Source: an uncultured Muribaculaceae bacterium (lineage in GTDB: Bacteria; Bacillota_I; Bacilli_A; RF39; UBA660). Taken from it: a DNA stretch of 64,000 nucleotides. A program made the translations under genes and the position numbers. Below, one piece after another: positions 9,690-19,371 of the stretch; the stretch's first letter is position 1; the number at the start of each line of letters is the position of its first letter. The notes beneath the pieces are model-generated. The model saw only the letters and a list, made by a program, of their open reading frames with translations. It did not search any database and was not told the DNA's origin. The stretch covers positions 133,560 to 197,559 of the forward strand of contig CAYJJQ010000001.1 of NCBI GenBank assembly GCA_964370545.1, written 5' to 3'.

Positions 9690-9698
9690 TGCTATAAT
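9690..9698 (+). promoter_or_regulatory. extended -10 promoter element (TGCTATAAT) for tRNA-Thr
   Basis: TGnTATAAT lies 8 nt upstream of the mature tRNA 5' end. No good -35 at 17 nt spacing. Confidence 0.45.
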
Positions 9699-9706
9699 TT
9701 TATTAA

Positions 9707-9780
9707 GCCGATTTAGTTTAGTGGTAAAACAGATGCATGGTAAGCATCAGCGGTAAGTTCAATTCTTACATTCGGCACCA
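9707..9780 (+). tRNA. tRNA-Thr (GGU)
   Basis: 74 nt. Anticodon stem GATGC/GCATC with loop AUGGUAA. T-arm GTAAG-TTCAATT-CTTAC. One T:T mismatch at 6:67 in the acceptor stem. Encoded CCA. Confidence 0.8.
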
Positions 9781-9793
9781 GAAATAAATCTAG

Positions 9794-9819
9794 TGAACTC
9801 TTTTTGAGTTCATTTTTTT
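9794..9819. terminator. intrinsic terminator after tRNA-Thr
   Basis: tgaactc-ttttt-gagttca followed by T7. Confidence 0.7.
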
Positions 9820-9833
9820 ATTAAAAAACACTA

Positions 9834-10550
9834 TTATAAAATAAATAGTGTTAATATTGCAATTGTTATACCTAGTGAAACAGTAATAGAAATGATTAGT
9901 GTAGAACTAGCAAATCCATCAGCAGCATCATTTGGATTTAATATATTTTTGCCGTTAGATAAATTTCTTTGATAACTAGGAAGAATTCCTCCACCGTTTT
10001 TTAATTTTGATTCATTATAATTATGTAAATATTCTCTTATGTACATGCAAGCTGGTTTGTTGTATTTAGAATCATTTATTCCATCACCATAATATGCTAT
10101 TAATATTGGTTGATTAATAAATTTAAAGTAATTTTTTAATTCTTCAATATTTACTTTATTTAATATTTCTTTAAATTCGCAGTAAGATTTTAAATATTCA
10201 TCTAAAATAACTTTATCATTATCATTTATTGAAGGAGCATTTTGTAAAAATAAAATATTATTTACATATGCATTAATATCATTAATTTTAGTGTTATATA
10301 CTTCAATAGCATTTAAAATAAATTCTATATCAGTAATATTAAGTAAAAATATAGAAGGATCTATTGTTTCTAAATTTATAGAACTTATATTTATATGATG
10401 GTCTTCATAAGATAATATGTTATTTGCAATAGTAAATTTATCAATATTATGATATTTCAAAGTAGTCTGATTGCTATAATCATGGCCGTCAATCGTCATA
10501 GATTTAAGCGAATTTAAATATGCATTATTTTTTTCGGATTGATCAATCAT
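9834..10550 (-). CDS. hypothetical protein with C-terminal transmembrane anchor
   Basis: 238-aa ORF. C-terminal helix STLIISITVSLGITIAILTLFIL. No family recognised. Confidence 0.55.
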   Translation of the reverse strand: MIDQSEKNNAYLNSLKSMTIDGHDYSNQTTLKYHNIDKFTIANNILSYEDHHINISSINLETIDPSIFLLNITDIEFILNAIEVYNTKINDINAYVNNILFLQNAPSINDNDKVILDEYLKSYCEFKEILNKVNIEELKNYFKFINQPILIAYYGDGINDSKYNKPACMYIREYLHNYNESKLKNGGGILPSYQRNLSNGKNILNPNDAADGFASSTLIISITVSLGITIAILTLFIL

Positions 10551-10645
10551 ATATAACTCCTATTATATATATAATAGCAAAAATGACTATAAAATTCAAT
10601 TGTTTTTTTATTTAATATATTGTATTATAAGAAAGGAGATGCGTA

Positions 10646-11935
10646 ATGAACAAATTAAATGAAGAATTTATTATTAATTTATCAAATAAAAAACAAGAAC
10701 CACAGTGGATGTGTGATTTTCGTTTGGAAGCATTAAATATTTATGAAAAATTAGATAATCCAAATTTTGGTCCTAAACTAGATATAGATTATAATAAAAT
10801 ATTATATTATAAAAGTAATACAGATAAGATAGTTGATAATTGGAATGAAGTTGATGAAGATATTAAATGTACATTTAATTCATTAGGTGTCATAAAAGCA
10901 GAAGAAGAATATTTATCTGGAGTTTCTAATCAATATGAAAGTGAAGTATTTTATCATTCAAATAAAAATGATAAAGTAATATTTACTTCTACGGATGAGG
11001 CATTAAAAAAACATCCTGAATTATTTAAAAAATATTTTAATAACTTAGTAAAAGTAAATGAAAATAAATTTACTGCTTTAAATAGTGCTGTATGGTCAGG
11101 AGGTTCATTTATTTATGTTCCTAAGAACACAAAATTAGATAGACCGTTACAAAGCTATTTTAGAATTGATACAGAAGGCTTAGGTCAGTTTGAAAGAACA
11201 ATAATTATAGTAGATGATAATAGTGAATTGGAATATATAGAAGGATGTACTGCTAAGTCATATTCAGCAACTAGTTTACATGCAGGTGTAGTAGAAATAT
11301 ATGTTGGAAAAAATGCGAAATGTAAATATTCAACTATACAAAATTGGAGCAATGATGTTTATAACTTAGTTACAAAAAGAGCAATAGTAGAAGAAAATGG
11401 ATTAATGGAATGGATTGATGGAAATGTTGGTAGTGGCATTACAATGAAATACCCTTCATGTATACTAAAAGGCGATAATTCAGTAGGTAATTCAATAAGC
11501 ATTGCTTATGCTAAAGAAAATCAATATTTAGATGCAGGTTCTAAAATGATTCATTTAGGGAAAAATACTAAAAGTAATATCATATCAAAATCTATAAGTG
11601 AAAAAGGTGGTGTTAGTAATTATAGAGGCACTGTAAGAATTGCAAAAGAAGCAGCTAATAGTAGAGCGTCTATAAAATGTGATACTATTTTACTCGATGA
11701 ATTATCTAAAAGTAGTGCTTATCCAAAAAATATTGTAGAAAATGATAATTCGTATATAGAACATGAGGCAACTATATCTAAGTTATCACATGAGAAACTG
11801 TTTAGTTTGATGAGTAAAGGGTTAACTGAAAATCAAGCGCAGGAACTGCTTATAATGGGGTTTATAGATGATTTTAAAAAAAGTTTACCTATGGAATATG
11901 CTGTAGAATTAAATAGATTGATTAAGGAAATATAA
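10646..11935 (+). CDS. sufB: Fe-S cluster assembly protein SufB
   Basis: Near-colinear with B. subtilis SufB as I recall it: EPQWMCDFRLEAL, YLSGVSNQYESEVFYH, NKFTALNSAVWSGGSFIYVPK, MEWIDGNVGS, PMEYAVELNRLI. Confidence 0.9.
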   Translation: MNKLNEEFIINLSNKKQEPQWMCDFRLEALNIYEKLDNPNFGPKLDIDYNKILYYKSNTDKIVDNWNEVDEDIKCTFNSLGVIKAEEEYLSGVSNQYESEVFYHSNKNDKVIFTSTDEALKKHPELFKKYFNNLVKVNENKFTALNSAVWSGGSFIYVPKNTKLDRPLQSYFRIDTEGLGQFERTIIIVDDNSELEYIEGCTAKSYSATSLHAGVVEIYVGKNAKCKYSTIQNWSNDVYNLVTKRAIVEENGLMEWIDGNVGSGITMKYPSCILKGDNSVGNSISIAYAKENQYLDAGSKMIHLGKNTKSNIISKSISEKGGVSNYRGTVRIAKEAANSRASIKCDTILLDELSKSSAYPKNIVENDNSYIEHEATISKLSHEKLFSLMSKGLTENQAQELLIMGFIDDFKKSLPMEYAVELNRLIKEI

Positions 11936-12020
11936 TTCATAAAATATTACCAAAAATAAGATTTGGCATTTTGACATTTAATTGTTAACATGTTAAATTT
12001 TTTTTTGAAAGGAGGAATTT

Positions 12021-12365
12021 ATGAACAATGTTGTCTTAGTCGGCAGACTTACAAAAAATCCTGAAATAGTTGATTGTAAAGATGGTGAAAAGAAAAGAAC
12101 AATGATTACTTTAGCTGTTACAAGAAATTATAAAAATACTGATGGTATTTATGAAACAGATTTTATTAGATGCGTACTATGGAATGCAATAGCAGTAAGC
12201 ACTTGTGAATACTGTCATAGTGGTGATGTGGTTGGAATTAAAGGAAGATTAGAATCATCATCATATGAAGATGAAAACAAGGAAGTAAAATTCAAAACAG
12301 AAGTAGTAGTTGAAAAAATAACTTTTCTTAGCAGTGATAAAAAGGAAAAGAAAACCGCTAGTTAA
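12021..12365 (+). CDS. ssb: single-stranded DNA-binding protein, short form without acidic C-terminal tip (SsbB-like)
   Basis: OB-fold start MNNVVLVGRLTKNPE. 114 aa ending KKEKKTAS rather than the D-D-D-L-P-F type tail. Confidence 0.8.
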   Translation: MNNVVLVGRLTKNPEIVDCKDGEKKRTMITLAVTRNYKNTDGIYETDFIRCVLWNAIAVSTCEYCHSGDVVGIKGRLESSSYEDENKEVKFKTEVVVEKITFLSSDKKEKKTAS

Positions 12366-12389
12366 TATTTTACAAAAGGTCAACTTTTC

Positions 12390-12403
12390 GCAAATAGATT
12401 TGC
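12390..12403. promoter_or_regulatory. perfect palindrome GCAAATagATTTGC upstream of the XRE regulator (candidate operator)
   Basis: A 6+2+6 inverted repeat lies just upstream of a TATACT -10-like hexamer (12412-12417) and the GTG start at 12438. Confidence 0.35.
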
Positions 12404-12437
12404 AAAGTGGTTATACTAATTATAGAGGTGTATATAA

Positions 12438-12794
12438 GTGATAATTGGTAGTAGACTTAAAGAGAAAAGAAAAGAGTTAAAATTAACTCAAGAAGAACTT
12501 GGTAATTTAATTGGAGTAGGTAAAAGTGCAATTTGTTGTTATGAAAAAGAAACTCGTAATCCAACACTTGAAAATGTATTAGAAATAATGCAAGTACTTG
12601 GAGTATCTGCTGACTATATATTAGGTACTGATAATTTAATAAAAACAGTTGAAAATAAACACCCGAAATATAGAACCATGACTAACGAAGAGATATTGTT
12701 TATAAATGAACTTAAAAAAGATAAAATCGTATACGAGATTTTATTTACTGATCCAAAAAGGGGATCTGATTTAGTGAAAAAGAAAATCGGATAA
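12438..12794 (+). CDS. XRE-family helix-turn-helix transcriptional regulator
   Basis: IGSRLKEKRKELKLTQEELGNLIGVGKSAICCYEKETRNPTLENVLEIMQVLGVSADYIL is a canonical HTH_3 domain. Confidence 0.85.
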   Translation: MIIGSRLKEKRKELKLTQEELGNLIGVGKSAICCYEKETRNPTLENVLEIMQVLGVSADYILGTDNLIKTVENKHPKYRTMTNEEILFINELKKDKIVYEILFTDPKRGSDLVKKKIG

Positions 12795-12797
12795 TAT

Positions 12798-12822
12798 AAA
12801 AACCAACAATGTGTTGGTTTTT
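12798..12822. terminator. bidirectional intrinsic terminator between convergent genes
   Basis: aaaaaccaaca-atg-tgttggttttt: an 8-bp GC-containing core with A and T flanks. Confidence 0.7.
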
Positions 12823-13900
12823 ATATTTCTTCCATTACTTTTGTAAATGGTATTATAGATTGTTTTTTTAATTTTTTTATTAAATTTTTAGATAATTTGT
12901 TTTCATTATTTAAATTAATATTAATTGATTTAATATAAGCGTCTATTATTATTTCGGTTAATGGACTACTTAAATTAAATTTACTTGAAAAATTTCTTGA
13001 TTGTAATGCTTCTTGCAAATACCCTAAAGCCATTAAATCATCATATGTTACTAAGTTAACTGATTTTAGTTTTAATAAATATAAATATGCATCTAAATAA
13101 ACTTTTTCAATAATTAATGGAGTATACGCTACTAAATCTGTTTCCTCAAAATATATGTTAGGAACAAATATTTCTAAATCATTACTTTTAAAAAAATCAA
13201 TGATATTTTCTTTTATTTGAATAGTAGAGTGATCTAAATTTTTAAAAAAGTTAAATACTTCTTTAATATAATTATCAAAATTTCTTAAAACATTGCTTAT
13301 AGGAATTTTATCATCATTAATTTCATCAAATATTTTAAATTCACTAGTACTTTTTATTTTATTTAAACTATCGAATAATAATTCATTATCTTCTATGAAA
13401 TAATATTTTCTAATTAATTCTTCTGATAAATTAAAATCAGATACTAATATTTCAATTCCTTCTTCGAAGGTTGAACTCAGCATATTATCAATATAGTTTA
13501 ATAAATGTTGTTCATTCTCATCACAATTTTCTCTACATACCATTAATATATGTAGTAATATTGATTGATTTTGGAAGTGAAAAACATTTGAGTTAAATAA
13601 AATTTCAGTTATTGTTGATATGATATCACAACTTAAAGATAGCTCTGGATCATAAACTGGAATGTAAGTCATTAATTGATTAACATTTTCGGCAATAACT
13701 TCATCATTTTCAAAATCTAAAAAAGCTTCATTTTCTTCACAATAACCATAATTATATGTATCTTGTATGTAATCCATTTCAGCTTCAGTATACTGATTAT
13801 AGTATGCATCAGAATATATTAACTGTGATGTTATATTTTCTTTTAAATCTTGTAAATATTTTACTATGTTTTCATTTTTTATGAATTTAATATTGTTCAT
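12821..13900 (-). CDS. hypothetical acidic protein
   Basis: 359-aa uninterrupted ORF, D/E/N-rich. No motif recognised. Confidence 0.55.
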   Translation of the reverse strand: MNNIKFIKNENIVKYLQDLKENITSQLIYSDAYYNQYTEAEMDYIQDTYNYGYCEENEAFLDFENDEVIAENVNQLMTYIPVYDPELSLSCDIISTITEILFNSNVFHFQNQSILLHILMVCRENCDENEQHLLNYIDNMLSSTFEEGIEILVSDFNLSEELIRKYYFIEDNELLFDSLNKIKSTSEFKIFDEINDDKIPISNVLRNFDNYIKEVFNFFKNLDHSTIQIKENIIDFFKSNDLEIFVPNIYFEETDLVAYTPLIIEKVYLDAYLYLLKLKSVNLVTYDDLMALGYLQEALQSRNFSSKFNLSSPLTEIIIDAYIKSININLNNENKLSKNLIKKLKKQSIIPFTKVMEEI

Positions 13901-13990
13901 TATTACCCCCTAAGGCTTTGATTAATTTTATTATAAGTATAAAATAGTAAAAATGCAATCAATTTCACATAATATTTATTGGTGGTAATA

Positions 13991-14746
13991 ATGAAAAATA
14001 CACTTACAGTGGGAGGAACTATTATATTATTAATTTTTTCTTTTTTGTATATAGATAAAATAAATAATATATTAATAGAAAATAATAGCTTGTACCAAGA
14101 AATATTAAGTAGAAAAGATATTTATGAAATTGATCCTTCGGATGCAGCTATCGCTGAAGGTGGAATAATGCCGGGAGTTAGTGGTAAAAGAGTTAATGTT
14201 TTAGAAAGTTATTATAATATGAGAAGTTTAGGTGTATTTAATTCTAGTTATTTAGTTTATAAAATTGAAAAGCCATTAGTTAGTATTTCTGATAATAAAA
14301 ATTTATATATTACATCTGGGAATAAAAATAAAAGGAATATTTCTTTTATAATTGATAAAAATTATGACATAGAAAGTTATATTAAACTCAACAATATAAG
14401 AGCAAATAAGTTAATAACATATAATGACTTTGAAAGTGATAATAATTTTGAATATTTAAATAATGATGTAAATAACTTTAATAGGCTTAACAGTAAAATT
14501 TTAACAAAAATATGTTTGGTAAATAATGATATAGAAGAATACTGTAAAAGTCATGGTTATTATTTAATAAATGCTAATATAAAAATAAATAATGATAATT
14601 ATATTTTAGTAAAAGAAGAATTATCTAGCGGGAATATAATACTAATTGATAATGATTTAAACTTAGATTATTTTATAATGATATATATAGAAGCATTGTA
14701 TAGAGATTATAATATAGTATATTTAAGCGAACTATTATATGAATAG
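13991..14746 (+). CDS. hypothetical membrane-anchored protein
   Basis: ATG at 13991 follows ggtgg. N-terminal TM helix (TLTVGGTIILLIFSFLYI). No catalytic motif recognised. Confidence 0.55.
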   Translation: MKNTLTVGGTIILLIFSFLYIDKINNILIENNSLYQEILSRKDIYEIDPSDAAIAEGGIMPGVSGKRVNVLESYYNMRSLGVFNSSYLVYKIEKPLVSISDNKNLYITSGNKNKRNISFIIDKNYDIESYIKLNNIRANKLITYNDFESDNNFEYLNNDVNNFNRLNSKILTKICLVNNDIEEYCKSHGYYLINANIKINNDNYILVKEELSSGNIILIDNDLNLDYFIMIYIEALYRDYNIVYLSELLYE

Positions 14747-14817
14747 AATTTATTCATAGTTGTAATAATAAATTTAGTATTGTACAATATATATAACTTG
14801 AAATAAGAGAGGTATTT

Positions 14818-15207
14818 ATGTATAGTGATATAGAACTAAAGTTTATGGTTGATATAATGGTGTATGAAAATCAAGATATAAATAGAATGTTTAATAAATT
14901 ATCTGCTGATAAAAAAGAAATTTATTTAAAATTGGTAAAACAGGGTAGTATTATAGAATTTAGTAATGATGATTTTAAGTATTTTAATTTAGGTAAAGAG
15001 GCATTATGTGAAAGTTTTATATATGCAAATAAAAATGAGTATATAGAATTTGCAAAGGGATTACAAGATAAACCATATAAAGAAGATTACCCTTGGTTCT
15101 TTTTACTAAAATTTAATGAATTAAATGAACAAAACCCTCTTCTGGATTTAGAATATTTATGCCAAAGAGCAGAAACAGAAGATCTAGCAGATTATTTAGA
15201 AAGATAA
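14818..15207 (+). CDS. hypothetical protein
   Basis: 129-aa ORF with gagagg RBS. A hairpin plus T-run follows (about 15226-15267). Confidence 0.5.
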   Translation: MYSDIELKFMVDIMVYENQDINRMFNKLSADKKEIYLKLVKQGSIIEFSNDDFKYFNLGKEALCESFIYANKNEYIEFAKGLQDKPYKEDYPWFFLLKFNELNEQNPLLDLEYLCQRAETEDLADYLER

Positions 15208-15329
15208 TCAATAGGCATAATATATAATGTAAATCAAATGATTTTTTCTAAGTTATTTGATTTTTTATTGAATTTTTGCTATAATGATAACACCAAATTA
15301 ACTTTAAAAACTTTATAGAGGTGATATTA

Positions 15330-16964
15330 ATGAGTAAAATTAAAATTTTTGGTTTGGGCGGTCTTGATGAAGACGGCAAAAACACTTATGTCATAGATAT
15401 TGATGACTCAATATTTATATTTGATGCAGGGTTAAAATATGCAAGTGGTAATTTATTAGGTATTGATTATATAATACCGGATTTTTCATATTTAGTAAAA
15501 AATAAAGATAGAATTAAAGGGTTATTCCTGACGCATGGTCATAAAGAAAATATGGGTGCAGTAAAAGATTTAGTAAAAGAAATACCAAATATTAAAATAT
15601 TTGCTACTAAATTTACTAAATTTGTACTTTTAGAAGATTGAATAAGCGAAAAAAATATAGTTGAAATAACAGCGCATAAGAAAGTTAATTTCAAAGAAGT
15701 ATCGATTTTTCCTATAGCCGTTTCACATTCTATTCCAGATTCTGTTATGTATGTAATAAATACTCCTGATGGAGCAATATGTTATACGGGAGATTTTATT
15801 ATTGATCCAAGTATGCATGGTGCATATGATATGGATTTAGGAAAAATAGCTTATGTTGGAAAACAAGGAGTACTTTGTTTACTATCTGAATCTAAGTTTT
15901 CAGAAAAAACAGGTCATACATCTCCTAAACATCACTTAGTAGAATTTTTTAAAGATGCTATTAATCATAATGAAAAGAGAATTATATTTTCAATACTTCC
16001 ATATCATTTGTATAATATTAATGAAATATTTACAGCGGCAGCAAATACACATCGTAAAATAATAGTTATGGGAAAAAAACTTCAAAATGTAATTAATTTT
16101 GCAAAAAAAGAAGGGTATATTGATTTTCCAAATGATTTACTAGGAGATTTAAGCCATTTAAATGACCCTAATTCTATTATATTAATTGTTAATGATAAAT
16201 CTAACCCGTATGCTAATTTAAATAAAATTCTTGGTGGGTATGATAAGTTTATTAATCTTAAGAAAGATGATACAATAGTTTTTGCAGAACCTAGAGAAGA
16301 TGGAACTGAAAAGACATTAGTTAAACTTGAAAATGCATTAGCTAAATATGGATGTAATATTATTAATATTCCGAAAGAGAAAATTATTTCTCACCATTCT
16401 TCTAGTGAAGATTTAATGTTAATGTTAAAACTTATGAATCCAAAATACTATATGCCAGTTAAAGGTGAATATAGATACATGGTAGGTAATGCTAATTTAG
16501 CAAGTAAATTAGGTATGCCTGCAGATAATATTATATTAAAACAAAATGGTGAAATTATTACTATTGATAATAAAAATTTATTAGAAAAAGTGGAAAAATT
16601 AAAAGTAAATGATATATTAATAGATGGTAATAGTAATGATGATATTGGTGATCTTGTAATAAAAGATAGAGAAATGTTATCTGAAAACGGTATTGTATTA
16701 ATATCAGCTACAATTTCTAAAAAAACAAAAGAAATTATAGTTGGTCCAGAAGTTACAACAAGAGGTTTTGTATACATTAAAGATTCTCATGATTTAATAA
16801 TTGAAATTAAAAAAATTAGTGAAACAATTATTACAAGAAATATATCTCCTACGTATGTAGAGTATAATAATATTAAATCAGAAATAAGAGAAGAGTTAAG
16901 TAAATTCTTATATGCTGAAACTGAATGTAAACCAATGATTATTGCAGTAGTGCAAGAAGTATAA
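15330..16964 (+). pseudogene. RNase J-family paralog (J2-like, degenerate metal-ligand motifs) interrupted by a single in-frame TGA at 15639-15641
   Basis: The two track ORFs (15321-15641 and 15747-16964) share one frame, with no other stop between them. The bridging codons encode ISEKNIVEIT...PIAVSHSIPDS, which includes the conserved SHSIPDS block. The whole reading frame is colinear with the intact RNase J at 60919-62583. Confidence 0.75.
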
Positions 16965-17004
16965 TTATAAAAATATTGCTCATTATATAAATGGGTGATT
17001 TTTT

Positions 17005-17433
17005 TTGAAAGAAGAAATAGAAGTATTAGAATTTATTAATTTAAATGTTAAGATGGGAATATTTAGTATTGACGGTATTTTAAAGTATGTAGAAAATGAT
17101 AAATTAATAAAAATATTAGAAAAACAAAAAAGAGAATATGAAGTAATAGAGAAAAAAGCAATAGCTTTATTAAAGAAAGCTAATTATAGTATAAAAGAAA
17201 TTAGTGATTTAACTAAAAAGAGTACTAAAGTGATGATGAATATGAAAATGTTAGTTGATTATTCAGCATCAAATATAGCTAAAATGACTATTAAAGGAAC
17301 AAATATGGGTATTATTGCTATAACGCAAAAGATTAATAATTATAAAATTAGTGATGATAAAATATTAAATTTAGCAATAAAACTTAAAACTACCTTAGAA
17401 AAAAACATAGAAGAATTAAAAAAATATCTCTAA
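17005..17433 (+). CDS. hypothetical helical protein
   Basis: 142-aa ORF with TTG start after gggtga. K/E/I-rich. No family recognised. Confidence 0.45.
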   Translation: MKEEIEVLEFINLNVKMGIFSIDGILKYVENDKLIKILEKQKREYEVIEKKAIALLKKANYSIKEISDLTKKSTKVMMNMKMLVDYSASNIAKMTIKGTNMGIIAITQKINNYKISDDKILNLAIKLKTTLEKNIEELKKYL

Positions 17434-17450
17434 AAAACAACAAAAAAGGT

Positions 17451-17479
17451 TTGACAACTGCAAATGAATATATTATAAT
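17451..17479 (+). promoter_or_regulatory. consensus sigma-A promoter for tRNA-Asn
   Basis: TTGACA (17451-17456), a 17-nt spacer, then TATAAT (17474-17479). The tRNA starts 12 nt downstream. Confidence 0.8.
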
Positions 17480-17490
17480 TATTTTGCAGT

Positions 17491-17566
17491 GCTCGTTTAG
17501 CTCAGTTGGTAGAGCGCACGGCTGTTAACCGTTAGGTCATAGGTTCAAGTCCTATAACGAGCGCCA
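17491..17566 (+). tRNA. tRNA-Asn (GUU)
   Basis: 76 nt, GCTCGTTTAGCTCAGTTGGTAGAGC. Anticodon loop CUGUUAA. Encoded CCA. Confidence 0.9.
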
Positions 17567-17576
17567 TTTTAAAATT

Positions 17577-17601
17577 AAAATCCTTTTAAAGGATTTTTTT
17601 T
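17577..17601 (+). terminator. intrinsic terminator after tRNA-Asn
   Basis: aaaatcctt-tta-aaggatttt followed by a T-run. Confidence 0.7.
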
Positions 17602-17646
17602 ATGCCATCTAATAAAATATATGTTATAATTAATTAGGTGATAAAA

Positions 17647-18564
17647 ATGCTAGAAGAAGTTAGTATGATAGATAAATATGGAACTTTATTAACATTAAAA
17701 GAATATATAACAGATCCAGCAATAGCAAGAGATAATGAGATTAAAGAATGTTTACTTACTTTACTTACTCCTGATAAAAGTGCTTTATTAGTAGGTAAAG
17801 CTGGTATTGGTAAAACAGCTATAGTTGAAGGGATTGCATATAGAATAAAAAATAATGATGTTCCTGATGCTTTAAAGGGTTATGAAATAATAAAAGTAAA
17901 TATAACCAATTTATTAGGAACTATTGAAACAGAAGGTGCTACAGATAGTAAACTTGATGTTTTTATTAAAGAACTTTCTGAAAAAACTAAAACTATTATT
18001 TTTATTGATGAAACTCATTTACTAGTAAATAGAAATGGTGGAGTAGATTTTGCTAATATGTTAAAGCCAGTATTAGATAGAGGTTTAATCAAAATGATTG
18101 GTGCTACTACTACTGAAGAATATGAACAGTATATTTTAAGAGATAGAGCGTTTTTAAGAAGATTTCAAAAAGTAGAAATAATAGAAACAGATAAGCCTAC
18201 GACAGTTGAAATACTAATGGGAACTTTACCTAGATTAGAAAAACAAACGGGAGTAAAGATTAGTTATCCGCTGGGAACTATAAAAAAATTATGTGAATTT
18301 ATTGTTGAAATGACAGATGAATATAAAAGAGTATATGAAATTGCCAGTAGATATCCTGATATTTGTTTAACAATTTTATCAAATGCACTAACCTATGCAT
18401 TATATGAAAATAGTAAAGAAGCAAGAATTAGACATTTTTATAAAGCAGTATATAATGCTAAGAATATATATCAGGATGCAAAAATTAAAGAAATAGCTAG
18501 ATTTAAAGAAGTATTTTCTGATATGTTAATAAGTGAAGGTGTTGATTTAAATGATGTTAAGTAA
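17647..18564 (+). CDS. stand-alone Clp/Hsp100 D1-type AAA+ ATPase (no N-domain, M-domain or D2)
   Basis: Colinear with the ClpB/ClpC D1 module. Walker A is [21 protein letters not shown]. Walker B is [50 protein letters not shown] carries sensor-1 and the Arg finger. An extended -10 TGTTATAAT lies at 17622-17630. Confidence 0.85.
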   Translation: MLEEVSMIDKYGTLLTLKEYITDPAIARDNEIKECLLTLLTPDKSALLVGKAGIGKTAIVEGIAYRIKNNDVPDALKGYEIIKVNITNLLGTIETEGATDSKLDVFIKELSEKTKTIIFIDETHLLVNRNGGVDFANMLKPVLDRGLIKMIGATTTEEYEQYILRDRAFLRRFQKVEIIETDKPTTVEILMGTLPRLEKQTGVKISYPLGTIKKLCEFIVEMTDEYKRVYEIASRYPDICLTILSNALTYALYENSKEARIRHFYKAVYNAKNIYQDAKIKEIARFKEVFSDMLISEGVDLNDVK

Positions 18565-18745
18565 TTTAGTAGCAAATATTTTTGAAGATACATGGGATAC
18601 ATTAGTAAGTTGGTATTCAGCATATGAAAATTTTATTTATAGTTTTGCACCAGGTTCATTAGGTAGTTTATTAATATTTTTATTAAATATAATTATTATT
18701 ATATTTATACTTAAAGTTCTATCAAGCGGTTTTAAGAAAGATTAG
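18551..18745 (+). CDS. small membrane protein (64 aa)
   Basis: Overlaps the ATPase gene end by 14 nt. One hydrophobic helix ([21 protein letters not shown]). Confidence 0.5.
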   Translation: MMLSNLVANIFEDTWDTLVSWYSAYENFIYSFAPGSLGSLLIFLLNIIIIIFILKVLSSGFKKD

Positions 18746-18753
18746 GAGAAAAT

Positions 18754-19371
18754 ATGATTAAAGTAGATTTTGCATCAAACCAAATAGCATTTTGGTCAAC
18801 GGTGTATGAAAAAAAGATAGTTGATACTCAAGGTTATGCTTTAGAGTTAGAAAAGAATAAAATTAATTTAACTAATGTCAGATTAGAGATTGCTAAATCA
18901 AAAGAGGATAATCCGGATTTAGTAAGCAAATTAGAAGAAGCATATTTGAATTATTATGAAGCAAATATGTTATATATTAATAATAGTAATTCTAATGCAT
19001 GGCATTTAACTTTAATAGAAATTATTAACAGTGTACCTATTTCCAATAATACATTTATTAAATCTTTAGCAGATTTAGTAATACAAGGATTAAATGGAGA
19101 AATGCAAGTGTTAAGACAAAGTATTATTGTAAATAATAAAAAGAATTTCTTAGATGAAACACAATTTAAGGATATTAGAAGAAGAGCTGAAGACATTGAA
19201 GCAAATTTAACAGATATTTATAAAGTTATGAGAACTGGTAAAAATATTGATGATAAAATTGATAATCTTAATTTTACAGACCTAACTAAATTTTCACCAC
19301 TTGAAATATTAAATATGTTATACGGATTACATATGTATGTTAATTTAGCAAATGTATCCAAAAGTAAATAA
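18754..19371 (+). CDS. hypothetical protein, third gene of the AAA+ operon
   Basis: 205-aa ORF with aggag RBS, 8 nt after the previous stop. A hairpin (actcaa...ttgagt) plus T-run follows at about 19372-19401. Confidence 0.55.
   Translation: MIKVDFASNQIAFWSTVYEKKIVDTQGYALELEKNKINLTNVRLEIAKSKEDNPDLVSKLEEAYLNYYEANMLYINNSNSNAWHLTLIEIINSVPISNNTFIKSLADLVIQGLNGEMQVLRQSIIVNNKKNFLDETQFKDIRRRAEDIEANLTDIYKVMRTGKNIDDKIDNLNFTDLTKFSPLEILNMLYGLHMYVNLANVSKSK

Noticed and set aside
15639-15641. In-frame TGA in the RNase J paralog read as selenocysteine, or as evidence for genetic code 4 or 25
   Set aside because: Several well-supported genes in the window end in TGA (cca, ASCH, the pilin-like gene, 8944-9507). 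Long conserved genes contain no internal TGA. The sequence just downstream of the TGA is AT-rich with no SECIS-like hairpin. The aligned position is not a catalytic Cys site.
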